Shown here: positions 29,521 to 38,316 of the stretch, one piece after another
How the letters are laid out: each line of letters starts with the position of its first letter
Position numbering within the stretch: position 1 is the stretch's first letter
NCBI GenBank assembly: GCA_963724295.1
Contig: CAVRUC010000001.1
Span: forward strand, 64,001-128,000
Reading direction: 5' to 3'
Source: an uncultured Chloroflexia bacterium
GTDB taxonomy: Bacteria > Chloroflexota > Chloroflexia > Thermomicrobiales > UBA6265
Length of the DNA: 64,000 nucleotides
Program-made: the position numbers and the translations under genes
The notes under the pieces: generated by a model
Database searches by the model: none
The model's input: only the letters and a program-made list of their open reading frames with translations
Told to the model about the DNA's origin: nothing

Positions 29521-31782
29521 TCACGCCACGAACTTGCGCTTGTTGGCGACGTAGTCGACCAGGATGTATTCGCCCAGTCGATCCGGCGTAGCGACGAAGA
29601 CGCGGCCGGAGTTGATCCGCATCAAGTCATTGATGAACTGCACCATGTATGGCGAGCGCTCGAGCATGAACGTGTTGATGGTGATGCCGTCGCGCGTGCA
29701 GCGGACGACCTCTCGCAGCGTCTCCTGGAAGGTGCGCGGCGTCGGTGGATAGCTGAAGCGGACGTGTCCGTTGTCGAAGTGGGCCGTCGGCTCTCCGTCG
29801 GTGATGACGATGATCTGCCGGTTGGCGCCCTTTTGCCGCCCCAGGATCTGGCGCGCGAGCTGGAACCCATGCTGCATGTTCGTGCCGTAGTTGTACTCGT
29901 TCCAATCGATCGAGGGCAGTTCGCCGGGTTTGATCTCTTGCGCCAGGTACGAGAAGCCGATGATGCTCAGGTGATCGCGGGGGTACTTGCCGCGGATCAG
30001 CGAATCGAGGGCCAGCGCCACGCGCTTGGCGGCGTTGAAACAGCCGTTGTAGAGCATCGAGCGGCTCATATCGACCATCAGCACGGTGGCCGAGCGCGTC
30101 GTGTACTCGGTCCGGTAGACCTCGAAGTCACGCGGTGAAAGCCGCACGCCGAGCCGGGGGTCGGAGGACTGTTGCCACGGGCGAGGATCGTTGCCGCTGA
30201 CCGGGTCCGTACCTCCGACTTCCGACTCCCGACTTCCGACTCCCGTCCGCTGCACCGCGTTCATGATCGTCTTCGGAATATCGAGCAGGAACGGGTCACC
30301 GAACTCATAGGCCTTGGTGACGTCAGTGCGGTCGCCAGCGCCTCCTTCGCGGCGAAGATCGTGTTGACCCATGCGATCGCGTTTGAGATCGGCAAAGATA
30401 TCGGTGAGCGCCTTCTCGCCGATCTTGCGCACGCCCTGCGGGGTCAGCTCGTAGCCGCGCCGGGTCTGCCGAATGTAACCGGCCTCTTCCAACATGCGCG
30501 CGATCTGCCGCAGCTGCTCGAGCTGCTCGCCCTCTTCCTCGCCGAGAAGATCCCGGATCTTGTCGTCGTCCAGCGCGGCCAGGTCGTTCCAGTCGCGAAT
30601 GTCGCGAAACTGCGACTCGAGCTCGTCGTACTCACTGAGGCGGTCCATGAGCTGCATCGCCTGCTCGAGCGTCAGTGACTCGTCGCCCGAGAATTGATAA
30701 CCGCGGCGCCATTGTTCCGGTGGAATCAGCGCGCCGAGATTCTCGCCGAGGCGCGACATCTCCTGGCGCAGCCCATCATCCTGCATGGCGGCCTGCATCA
30801 GTCCTTGCAGCTCGCCCCGCTGGTCAGCCGACATGCTCTGCATGAGCTGACGCATGGCGCCCATCTGCTGCTGCATGCGCTGCATCAGGTCGTCCAGCGA
30901 GTTGAGTCCGGGACCGAAGAAATGTCCCCAACGATGCATGAACTCCTGGAAACCAGGGTCTTCACCGTTGCGACGCGCCTCGAGCATCTCATTGAGCTCT
31001 TGCATCATCTGCCGCATCTCGGCGATGTCGTCGGGCGTCATCTGCGAGAGCGCCTGTTGCATCCCCTGGAACGTCTGCTGGGTCATCTGCTGCTGCAGCA
31101 TGTCCAGCAGCTCCTGGAACTGCTGGCGCGCTTCAGGGGTCATGAAGTCATAGTCGGTCAGCGCCCGGATCGCCGCGGCGGGATCCGTGGGCAGCGCGTC
31201 AAGCTGTTGCAGACGCCGCTCGGCCATCGCTTCCAGGAGCTTCTGCAGATCGGCCTCCGGTTGCCCATTTGCTCCGCTTGAGTCTCCAGTTGCGCCGGAC
31301 TCGCTCGCGCCCTGTTGGCCGGTCTGGACGTCCTGGCTCGCTTGACCAGCTTGCTCGCCAGGCTTCGCTGATGCGTCTGTCCCTTCCCTTGCCTCCTGCT
31401 CAGGTGAGCGCTCAGCTTCGCTCTGACCTGGTGGCGTCTTTCGCGCCTCGTCGAGGCGCTTTGCGATCCCCTGGCGTTCGGTTTCGACAATCTGTTCGAT
31501 GCGGTCCGCGATATCACTGAGCATCGACTGCAGGTCGTAGCGTTCCAGTTGCTCCTGGCGACGATCGCGCAATCGTTGCATGAGCCCCTGTAGGCCCGGC
31601 ACATCTTCGCCGTCAGGTCGTTGAAAGCCCCAGCGGAACAGCCGCTGCATGGCTCGGTTGACATCGCCGTCCTGCATCAGATCCTCGGACATGGCGCGCA
31701 TCAGATCGTCCGCCGAGAGCGGTCCAATCTGCTGGGTGCCGTCCCAACGGGAATACCGCGAGCCAAAGCGATGGATGGGCAT
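29521..31782 (-). CDS. VWA domain-containing protein (Rv0959-like)
   Basis: RYSRWDGTQ N-terminus, coiled region, MIDAS DMSRSM, TNMQHG, ITDGEPTAH. Confidence 0.9.
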   Translation of the reverse strand: MPIHRFGSRYSRWDGTQQIGPLSADDLMRAMSEDLMQDGDVNRAMQRLFRWGFQRPDGEDVPGLQGLMQRLRDRRQEQLERYDLQSMLSDIADRIEQIVETERQGIAKRLDEARKTPPGQSEAERSPEQEAREGTDASAKPGEQAGQASQDVQTGQQGASESGATGDSSGANGQPEADLQKLLEAMAERRLQQLDALPTDPAAAIRALTDYDFMTPEARQQFQELLDMLQQQMTQQTFQGMQQALSQMTPDDIAEMRQMMQELNEMLEARRNGEDPGFQEFMHRWGHFFGPGLNSLDDLMQRMQQQMGAMRQLMQSMSADQRGELQGLMQAAMQDDGLRQEMSRLGENLGALIPPEQWRRGYQFSGDESLTLEQAMQLMDRLSEYDELESQFRDIRDWNDLAALDDDKIRDLLGEEEGEQLEQLRQIARMLEEAGYIRQTRRGYELTPQGVRKIGEKALTDIFADLKRDRMGQHDLRREGGAGDRTDVTKAYEFGDPFLLDIPKTIMNAVQRTGVGSRESEVGGTDPVSGNDPRPWQQSSDPRLGVRLSPRDFEVYRTEYTTRSATVLMVDMSRSMLYNGCFNAAKRVALALDSLIRGKYPRDHLSIIGFSYLAQEIKPGELPSIDWNEYNYGTNMQHGFQLARQILGRQKGANRQIIVITDGEPTAHFDNGHVRFSYPPTPRTFQETLREVVRCTRDGITINTFMLERSPYMVQFINDLMRINSGRVFVATPDRLGEYILVDYVANKRKFVA
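30151..30244. repeat. GGGAGTC/GGAAGTC heptamer palindrome inside the VWA CDS
   Basis: Four tandem heptamers at ~30217-30244 with an inverted arm at 30151-30168; frame preserved. Confidence 0.7.
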
Positions 31783-31802
31783 GGTGTCCTCCGAGTCGGC
31801 CC

Positions 31803-31866
31803 GTCGGTAAGTCGGTAAGGACGTGCGATCGACTGACCGACTTACCGACTCCCGACTTACCGACTA
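31803..31866. repeat. GTCGGTAA-based palindromic intergenic repeat
   Basis: GTCGGTAA x2 then GACTGACC GACTTACC GACTCCC GACTTACC GACTA. Confidence 0.8.
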
Positions 31867-33327
31867 GCGGTGATAGCGCGCCGGTCCCGAGTAGGTGCTT
31901 TCGTCCTTGTTCAGACGGCGATTGAGATGCAGGCCCTCGAGAATGAACTCGACCGCAGAGGCGACGGCGGCCGGATTCCCGCCGACATCCAGTTTGGCGA
32001 CCGCGTCGGCGACGCCATCGAGATGACTGAGCTGGTGGACGTAGTCGTGCGAGGGCATCATCTCCGAGGCGTCGACGGTCAATCCGTTGTCGAAGGCCAA
32101 CACGAGCCGGTCGAAATCGCGCACCGAGAAGTAGCGGTTGAAAACTGCGGCAACGGCGCCCTGGACGAGCTTGTCGACGATCTGATCTTCCTGAATTTCG
32201 CCCAGTCCCTCGATCTCGATCTTGCCGGTCGTCGACGCGAGGACTCCGGCCAGGTCGGAGACGCGCGGAGCCGTCTGCCGCTCGCCGAGCCGGATGGCGC
32301 GGCGTGTCGCGTTGGAAACGATGTTCTCGTAGTTCGCCACGCTCATGCGAACCGACACCCCGGACCTCTGTGAGACGTCGTGCGAGCGGCGCGCCAGATG
32401 GGTCAGCTCGGCAACGATCTCCTTCATGAACAATGGCACCGTGGCCTCGATGCCGGCCGTGCCGTAGATCGATCGTTCCTGCTCCATGATCTCGATCTCG
32501 AGGTCGATGGTCTGCGGGTAGTGCGTCCTGATCTGCGATCCATAGCGGTCTTTGAGCGGGGTGATGATGCGGCCGCGATTGGTGTAGTCCTCCGGGTTGG
32601 CCGATGCCACAACCAGGATGTCGAGTGGCAGCCGGATCTTGTAGCCGCGGATCTGAACGTCACGCTCCTCCATCACATTCAGGAGGCCGACCTGAATTCG
32701 CTCGGCCAGGTCCGGCAGCTCATTGATGACGAAGACGCCGCGGTTCGTGCGCGGGATCAACCCGTAGGAGATCGTCAGCTCGTCGGAGAGATAGCGTCCC
32801 TCGGCGACCTTGATCGGGTCGACCTCGCCAATCAGGTCGGCGATGGTCGTATCCGGGGTGGCCAGCTTTTCACCGTAGCGCCGGTCCCGTCCGACCCATG
32901 CGATCGGGGTCGCGTCTCCACCCTCGGCTATCAGGTCGCGGGCATAGCGGGAGATCGGGTGGAATGGGTCGTCATTGATCTCCGACCCCGCGACTATCGG
33001 GATCAGCTCGTCGAGCAAATTGACCAGACTCCGCGCCAATCGGGTCTTGGCCTGGCCGCGCTCGCCGAGCAGGATGATGTCCTGGCCAGAGAGGATCGCG
33101 TTTTCGACCTGGGGAATGACTGTTCGATCATAGCCAACGATGCCAGGGAAGAGCTCATCACCCTTTCTCAGCCGGGCAATGAGGTTCTCTCGCATCTCTT
33201 CCCGGATCGAGCGGGCTCGGTATCCGGATTCACGGAGCTCGCCAAGGGTCGAGGGCCGGGCGCCCCCGTCGGCCTGGACGGCAGCGACGTCACTCACGGG
33301 TGTGGATCCTCTCTTCTTGTTGACCAT
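31864..33327 (-). CDS. Mg-chelatase-like AAA+ ATPase (Rv0958-like), partner of the VWA protein
   Basis: GERGQAKT, EKLATPD, INELPDL, SANPEDYTNRGRIITPLKDR, SGVSVR. Confidence 0.9.
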   Translation of the reverse strand: MVNKKRGSTPVSDVAAVQADGGARPSTLGELRESGYRARSIREEMRENLIARLRKGDELFPGIVGYDRTVIPQVENAILSGQDIILLGERGQAKTRLARSLVNLLDELIPIVAGSEINDDPFHPISRYARDLIAEGGDATPIAWVGRDRRYGEKLATPDTTIADLIGEVDPIKVAEGRYLSDELTISYGLIPRTNRGVFVINELPDLAERIQVGLLNVMEERDVQIRGYKIRLPLDILVVASANPEDYTNRGRIITPLKDRYGSQIRTHYPQTIDLEIEIMEQERSIYGTAGIEATVPLFMKEIVAELTHLARRSHDVSQRSGVSVRMSVANYENIVSNATRRAIRLGERQTAPRVSDLAGVLASTTGKIEIEGLGEIQEDQIVDKLVQGAVAAVFNRYFSVRDFDRLVLAFDNGLTVDASEMMPSHDYVHQLSHLDGVADAVAKLDVGGNPAAVASAVEFILEGLHLNRRLNKDESTYSGPARYHR

Positions 33328-33440
33328 CGCGTCGGGTGCCCTCTGGGCGATGCGGCAAAGCCGTTGAGGAACTCAGGAGAGATGGTGGCTCGACGCGTGA
33401 TACCGCGCCTGTGTTGATGCTACTCGCCCGCCGGGCGATG

Positions 33441-34252
33441 ACTCAAGGTTCCAGCTCTCTCGCACCCGTATCGGTGCACAAACTTCCCACTGGAAGGTGC
33501 GCGATTCGCCGGTCCCGCAACTCCTCCAGGATACGCTGGCGACGAGCAAGCTCTGGCTGTGGGAACCACATTACTGGATTCGGACTAGTCAGCCAAGGGC
33601 TCCTGGGATATGTCGTGTTGATCAGCGCCGGTCGGTGCGAAGCCGCGCAATGGCGACACCTTCCCGGGTTGGCTCCAGCCGCCAGATCCCCCGCACTCGC
33701 CGCCCGCTCTGTGTCTCCTCATCGCTGATCCAACACCACGACGAACTCGAACGCGGCCGTCTGGGCCGCACGGATATGAAGCGGGCTACCCGTCAACGCT
33801 CCGACAAAGTCGTGAACCGAATCCGCATGCGCTGTGGCCAGCAGCATGAAACCTCGCTGCGCGGTCTCCAGGATTCGTTCGACTGCCGGGCCCCACAGGT
33901 AGACCGGCAGATGGGGACTGATCTCGTTGATCATCAGCGCTGTCTCACGCGGGTTGATCGTGGAGTCTGTCAAGAACGCGAAGGTTTCGAAGCACCCTCG
34001 GAGGTAGACACGGCGCGTGTCCGGCGGCAGAAAGTCGAGTAGCGCGGTGAGCAGCGTGGTCTTTCCCACCCCACTCGCACCCGAGACCACCACCACAGAT
34101 TGGCGCCGTGCCAGCGCCGCCCAGAGGTTGGCGGCTGTTCGGCAGTCGATGGTTTCGTCGCGCAACAAGTCGGCGATCCCGCGACGCGCGGGCGCCTGCC
34201 ATCCCGGACCCCACCAGGCGAATGGTTCTTCGTATCGAGGCTCGGGGCTCAC
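33441..34252 (-). pseudogene. Small VirB11/TadA-like P-loop ATPase with apparent 3' frameshifts
   Basis: SGASGVGKTTLL, INEIS, ATAHA; ORF stops at 33719, but GRRVRGIWRL and ELARRQRILEEL continue in other frames; 3' end approximate. Confidence 0.6.
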
Positions 34253-34295
34253 ATATGGGCCTTACACCCAATCGGACATCAGATCAGTTAAGGGC

Positions 34296-35318
34296 CTAGT
34301 CAGTCTCCAGTTTAGCGACGTATGGGAGATCCCGGAACTCATGCCTGCGGGACAGGCCAAAGCCGGCGAGCGCAACGTCCGGTACGGCGAATCCGCGACA
34401 CACGACCGGCACGTCCACGACTCGCGCCGCCTCACGATCCATCAGCGCGCAGGTTTCCACGGAGCAGGCGCCGTGGCGGCGCATCCAGGCCGTGAGAAAG
34501 GTCGCGCTCAGCCCGGTGCTCAGCACCTCCTGCACCAGAGTCACCGATCGCCCGGCAAGAGAGGTCGCGGGCAGCCGAGACACGCGAACACGACTCGGCC
34601 CGGGGTCCGCGCCGAGTGAGCTCAGCGCGACCCGATCGAGATCGACAGGGACGCCCAAGCCACGGACATTCTCGCCCAGCGACGCGAGAAACCGTTCTGA
34701 CCCGGATCCGACACCGACGAGCAACGGCCGTTGACCGCGTCCACTCGCGACCTTTTCGCCCCAGGCCTCGACCAACTGATGCGCGAGCTGCGCGATTCGC
34801 ATCTCGACGTCTCGCTCGGCATAGAGGATGCCGCCTATGCGAGCCTCTCGCTCGGCCTGCGACGGGCCATAAACGTCTCGCAATCGCTTGAAATCCCGCA
34901 GGTAGAGCAAGCGGACTCGCACGTTTGGGTACGTTTCGCGCAGGAGCCGGAACTTTCGATTCTTCCGGGTGACGAGCCGCTGTCGCATCGTCGTCAGCTC
35001 GAGATACAAGTCGTGCTCTGGGAGGTAGAAATCGGGAGTGACGAACTCTACTGGCCGCCCATCCCTCCCCCACCGCACCGCGAACGTCGTCGGCTCGTAC
35101 GCCCACCGCAACCCATAGAACGTCAGGAGCCGCGCCAGCTCGATTTCGGCCGGGTGAGCGAATCGGTCGTCATTCGGTTGCAGCAACCACCGCAGTGGCG
35201 GGAGGAGTTCCTGGCGAGGTGCTTCATCGAGATCGACCGCGGGGCTGCCAGGCTCCTGAGTCACATCGGGGCATTCATCGACTCCGCTCTGACCTTCAAG
35301 AGTGGTTGCCCGGGACAT
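34296..35318 (-). CDS. PD-(D/E)xK-like domain fused to a degenerate HPRT-like domain
   Basis: FAHPAE...YEP...TPDFYL...YLELTT N-terminal half; C-terminal VQEVLSTGLS, LMDR, AGFGL...FRDLPYV. Confidence 0.8.
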   Translation of the reverse strand: MSRATTLEGQSGVDECPDVTQEPGSPAVDLDEAPRQELLPPLRWLLQPNDDRFAHPAEIELARLLTFYGLRWAYEPTTFAVRWGRDGRPVEFVTPDFYLPEHDLYLELTTMRQRLVTRKNRKFRLLRETYPNVRVRLLYLRDFKRLRDVYGPSQAEREARIGGILYAERDVEMRIAQLAHQLVEAWGEKVASGRGQRPLLVGVGSGSERFLASLGENVRGLGVPVDLDRVALSSLGADPGPSRVRVSRLPATSLAGRSVTLVQEVLSTGLSATFLTAWMRRHGACSVETCALMDREAARVVDVPVVCRGFAVPDVALAGFGLSRRHEFRDLPYVAKLETD

Positions 35319-35566
35319 GGGCTCCCCGCACCCCGCGCCATCACCCGGCGGGTCACCGGGTGTTGCCGCGATGGTCGATAGCTACTGCCGTTGTCTGCGG
35401 GGGATAGCCGCATTCTGGCACCCGCGGACCACGATCACAACAGCCCAAATGGCAACGCTTTCTAGGAGTTCCGGGCCAAATCGAGCCAGTATTGCCCTCC
35501 GCAAAATCCGCCGGCGGGAGAGTTTTCAGCCGCATACGGGCGAATCGACGCGGTGGCGCAGCGTGC

Positions 35567-35944
35567 CTACCGCGCTCCGTCGTCGACGATTTCGGTGTGC
35601 CCCGGAGTCAAAATCGACAAATGGGTAAAGCTGGTATCCGGATTGGCGCCGTGCCAATGCCTCGTCCCCGACGGCACGAACGCGACGTCTCCCGGTTGCA
35701 AAGAATGGTGTTCGTCATCCGTGGCCACGAAGCCGGTTCCCGAAGTGGCGACCAGCACCTGGTCCGTCGTATGGCGGTGCGGGCGGTTGACCGCTCCGTC
35801 CTCGAACGTCACCGCCGTCACTCGTAGCACCTCCCCGAGCGCCTCGTTGACGACTTCCTGTGTCGAAACAGCACCGACGAAGATCGGATTCGTCGAGGGC
35901 GCACCTTGCGAGCGGTCGAGGCGTACATGCCGAATCCCCGCCAT
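35567..35944 (-). CDS. Cupin domain protein
   Basis: VTFEDGA.NRPHRH..DQVL, PGDVAFVP.G..HWHGA. Confidence 0.88.
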   Translation of the reverse strand: MAGIRHVRLDRSQGAPSTNPIFVGAVSTQEVVNEALGEVLRVTAVTFEDGAVNRPHRHTTDQVLVATSGTGFVATDDEHHSLQPGDVAFVPSGTRHWHGANPDTSFTHLSILTPGHTEIVDDGAR

Positions 35945-36284
35945 ACTTGCTCTCCCTTCTGGTTCATCACTGGAACGGGCTGTGCCGTGGCGCCATCGAG
36001 GAAGTATGCCGGTCCGAGGCCGCAACGAATGACTCACCATCTTCTTCCCGAGGAAGACGCCCTCGACGACCCGGATGACGACGATGATGCCGATCCCACG
36101 CTGCCCGGTGACCTCTGGTTTCGCGACCGGTTGCCGTCCACGCTGAAGACAGGTGTGCGCGGGAGGGCCTCAGGTCACGTCGTATACTCCCGGGCGTTTG
36201 TGCCGTTGCCGGCTTGAAACCAGGCGACACGGCGATCAACTCGCACTTGCATCATTCATCTAACGGGAAGAGGGAAAACTTCGC

Positions 36285-37715
36285 ATGGCAGATCAGCAGT
36301 ACAGCCCGCGGGACGGCCAGGCCTTCGACGTCGTCCTCATCGGCGGGGGTACTGGCGGCTACGTAGCCGCCATCCGCGCCGCACAGCTGGGGCTCGATGC
36401 CGCGGTCGTGGAGATCGACAAGTTAGGGGGTACCTGCCTCCATCGTGGGTGCATTCCGACCAAAGCATTTCTGAAGTCGGCGGACGTTTACGAGGAGGTC
36501 CAGCACTCCGCGGATTTCGGTGTCGACATTGCCGGAGAAGTCTCCTTCAACTACCCCGCGGCACTGGATCGGTCCTTCAAAGTCGTCAACGGGCAATACA
36601 AGGGTCTGCAGTACCTCTTCGACAAGAAATACAAGATTCCCGTGATCGCCGGGTTTGGTCGCATCGCCGGTCCCGGTCAGGTCCAGGTCACGCCAGCGGG
36701 CGGCGCTGCGCCGTTCACACTCGCCACGCGCAACATCATCATCGACACGGGAACGCGGCCCCGGGCGATCAAGGATCTGCCATTCGACGGTGAGCGAGTC
36801 ATCAATTCCGACCATGCGGTTGTGCTAGAGACGCTACCGCAGAGCTTCATCATTCGCGGCGGTGGCGCGGTAGGCGTCGAATGGGCCTCGATTTATGGCC
36901 GCTATGGCTCGAAGGTCAGTCTGGTCGGGCGCGTCGTTCCCGCCGAGGACGAGGAAGCCGCGGCCGTCCTGATTCGAGCCTTCAAACGACAGGGCATCGC
37001 CGTCTTTCCGGCTTCTCGCCCAACCGCGGACGACATCGACGTGGCCAAGTCGGGTGTACGGATGCGAGTTAAGGATGAGCGGGGCAAGGAAGAGGTCGTC
37101 GAGGCCGACGTCTTGCTCGTGGCCATCGGCCGCGAGGGGAATATCGAAGACATCGGGTTGGACAACGTTGGGGTGGCAACCGAGGACGGACTGATTCCGG
37201 CCGACGCCATGATGCGGACGAATGTCCCGAACATCTTCGCCATCGGTGACGTCAATGGCCAGCAGATGCTCGCCCACACGGCTATGCACATGGGGGTCAT
37301 CGCGGTCGAGCACATCGCTGGGCACGATCCCTACCCGCTCGACGTCCTGAACTCGCCGATGGTGACGTTCTGCCGGCCGGAGATCGCCAGCGTCGGACTG
37401 ACGGAGAAGCAGGCCGTCGATCAGGGTCGCACGGTTAAAACCGGCAAGTTCCCGATGCGGCCAAACGGCAAGGCCGTCATCGAAGGAGAGACCGACGGCT
37501 TTGCCAAGGTCGTGGCCGATTCCGAGACCAACGACATGTTGGGCATGACCATCGTCGGCCCGCATGCCACGGAGCTCATTGGCGGCCTGGCGATGGGGCG
37601 GCTGCTCGAGGTAACACCGGAAGAGATCGGAATCAGCGTCTTCCCGCATCCGACGGTCTCCGAAGTCATCCACGAAGCCGCGCTCGATCTGCTGGGACAC
37701 GCACTCCATATCTAG
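36285..37715 (+). CDS. lpdA: Dihydrolipoyl dehydrogenase
   Basis: GGGTGG, GGTCLHRGCIPTK, AIGD, LAH, HPTVSE. Confidence 0.95.
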   Translation: MADQQYSPRDGQAFDVVLIGGGTGGYVAAIRAAQLGLDAAVVEIDKLGGTCLHRGCIPTKAFLKSADVYEEVQHSADFGVDIAGEVSFNYPAALDRSFKVVNGQYKGLQYLFDKKYKIPVIAGFGRIAGPGQVQVTPAGGAAPFTLATRNIIIDTGTRPRAIKDLPFDGERVINSDHAVVLETLPQSFIIRGGGAVGVEWASIYGRYGSKVSLVGRVVPAEDEEAAAVLIRAFKRQGIAVFPASRPTADDIDVAKSGVRMRVKDERGKEEVVEADVLLVAIGREGNIEDIGLDNVGVATEDGLIPADAMMRTNVPNIFAIGDVNGQQMLAHTAMHMGVIAVEHIAGHDPYPLDVLNSPMVTFCRPEIASVGLTEKQAVDQGRTVKTGKFPMRPNGKAVIEGETDGFAKVVADSETNDMLGMTIVGPHATELIGGLAMGRLLEVTPEEIGISVFPHPTVSEVIHEAALDLLGHALHI

Positions 37716-37737
37716 ACTTCCGCGGCGTGACCCACGT

Positions 37738-38235
37738 TCACGATCTCTGACTTCGTTGGGCGGATAGCCACTCGTCCAGGATGCGTTGATCGCGCGGGAA
37801 CGCGAGCTCGGGCAGATCCGAATAGGCGAACCAACCCACCTGCACGAGGTCGTCTCCCGCACGCGGCTCCCCGACCGCGGAGCTTGCTTCGTAGACCGCG
37901 AGGACAACCGTTTCGCCCTCGCTCGAATACAGCCCGACCAGATCTCCGACGACGACGTCGAGCCCGGTCTCCTCCCGCGCCTCGCGTGCCGCCGCCCGCT
38001 CGACCGGCTCACCGCGCTCGACGAAGCCCGCCGGGAAGCTCCACTTGCCCGGTTCGCGGGTGCCTGGTCCGCGCTTGCCAAGCAGGAGGCGCCCGGCGCG
38101 GGCGATCAAGACGGCCACCGCGAGCTTTGGGTCCAGATACACGATCTGGCCGCAAGCCGTGCAAACAGGCCGCACGCGGCCCTCGACATCGCGTTCTTCG
38201 GTCAGCGAGCCGCACACCGCGCAGTGCTGTTCCAT
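37738..38235 (-). CDS. NUDIX hydrolase with N-terminal zinc ribbon
   Basis: CAVCG...CTACG; Nudix box GFVERGEPVERAAAREAREETGL. Confidence 0.92.
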   Translation of the reverse strand: MEQHCAVCGSLTEERDVEGRVRPVCTACGQIVYLDPKLAVAVLIARAGRLLLGKRGPGTREPGKWSFPAGFVERGEPVERAAAREAREETGLDVVVGDLVGLYSSEGETVVLAVYEASSAVGEPRAGDDLVQVGWFAYSDLPELAFPRDQRILDEWLSAQRSQRS

Positions 38236-38316
38236 GGCTGAATCGTTTCCGGCAGGCGCCGAGTCCTGGCCCGCGGGATTGAAGTCCCTCCCGGCGCCTG
38301 CGAATTCCAGGCGGTC

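Noticed and set aside
36029..36217. Small acidic ORF (MTHHLLPEEDALDDPDDDDD...)
   Set aside because: No clear RBS or recognisable family, and it runs into the lpdA upstream region; not supportable
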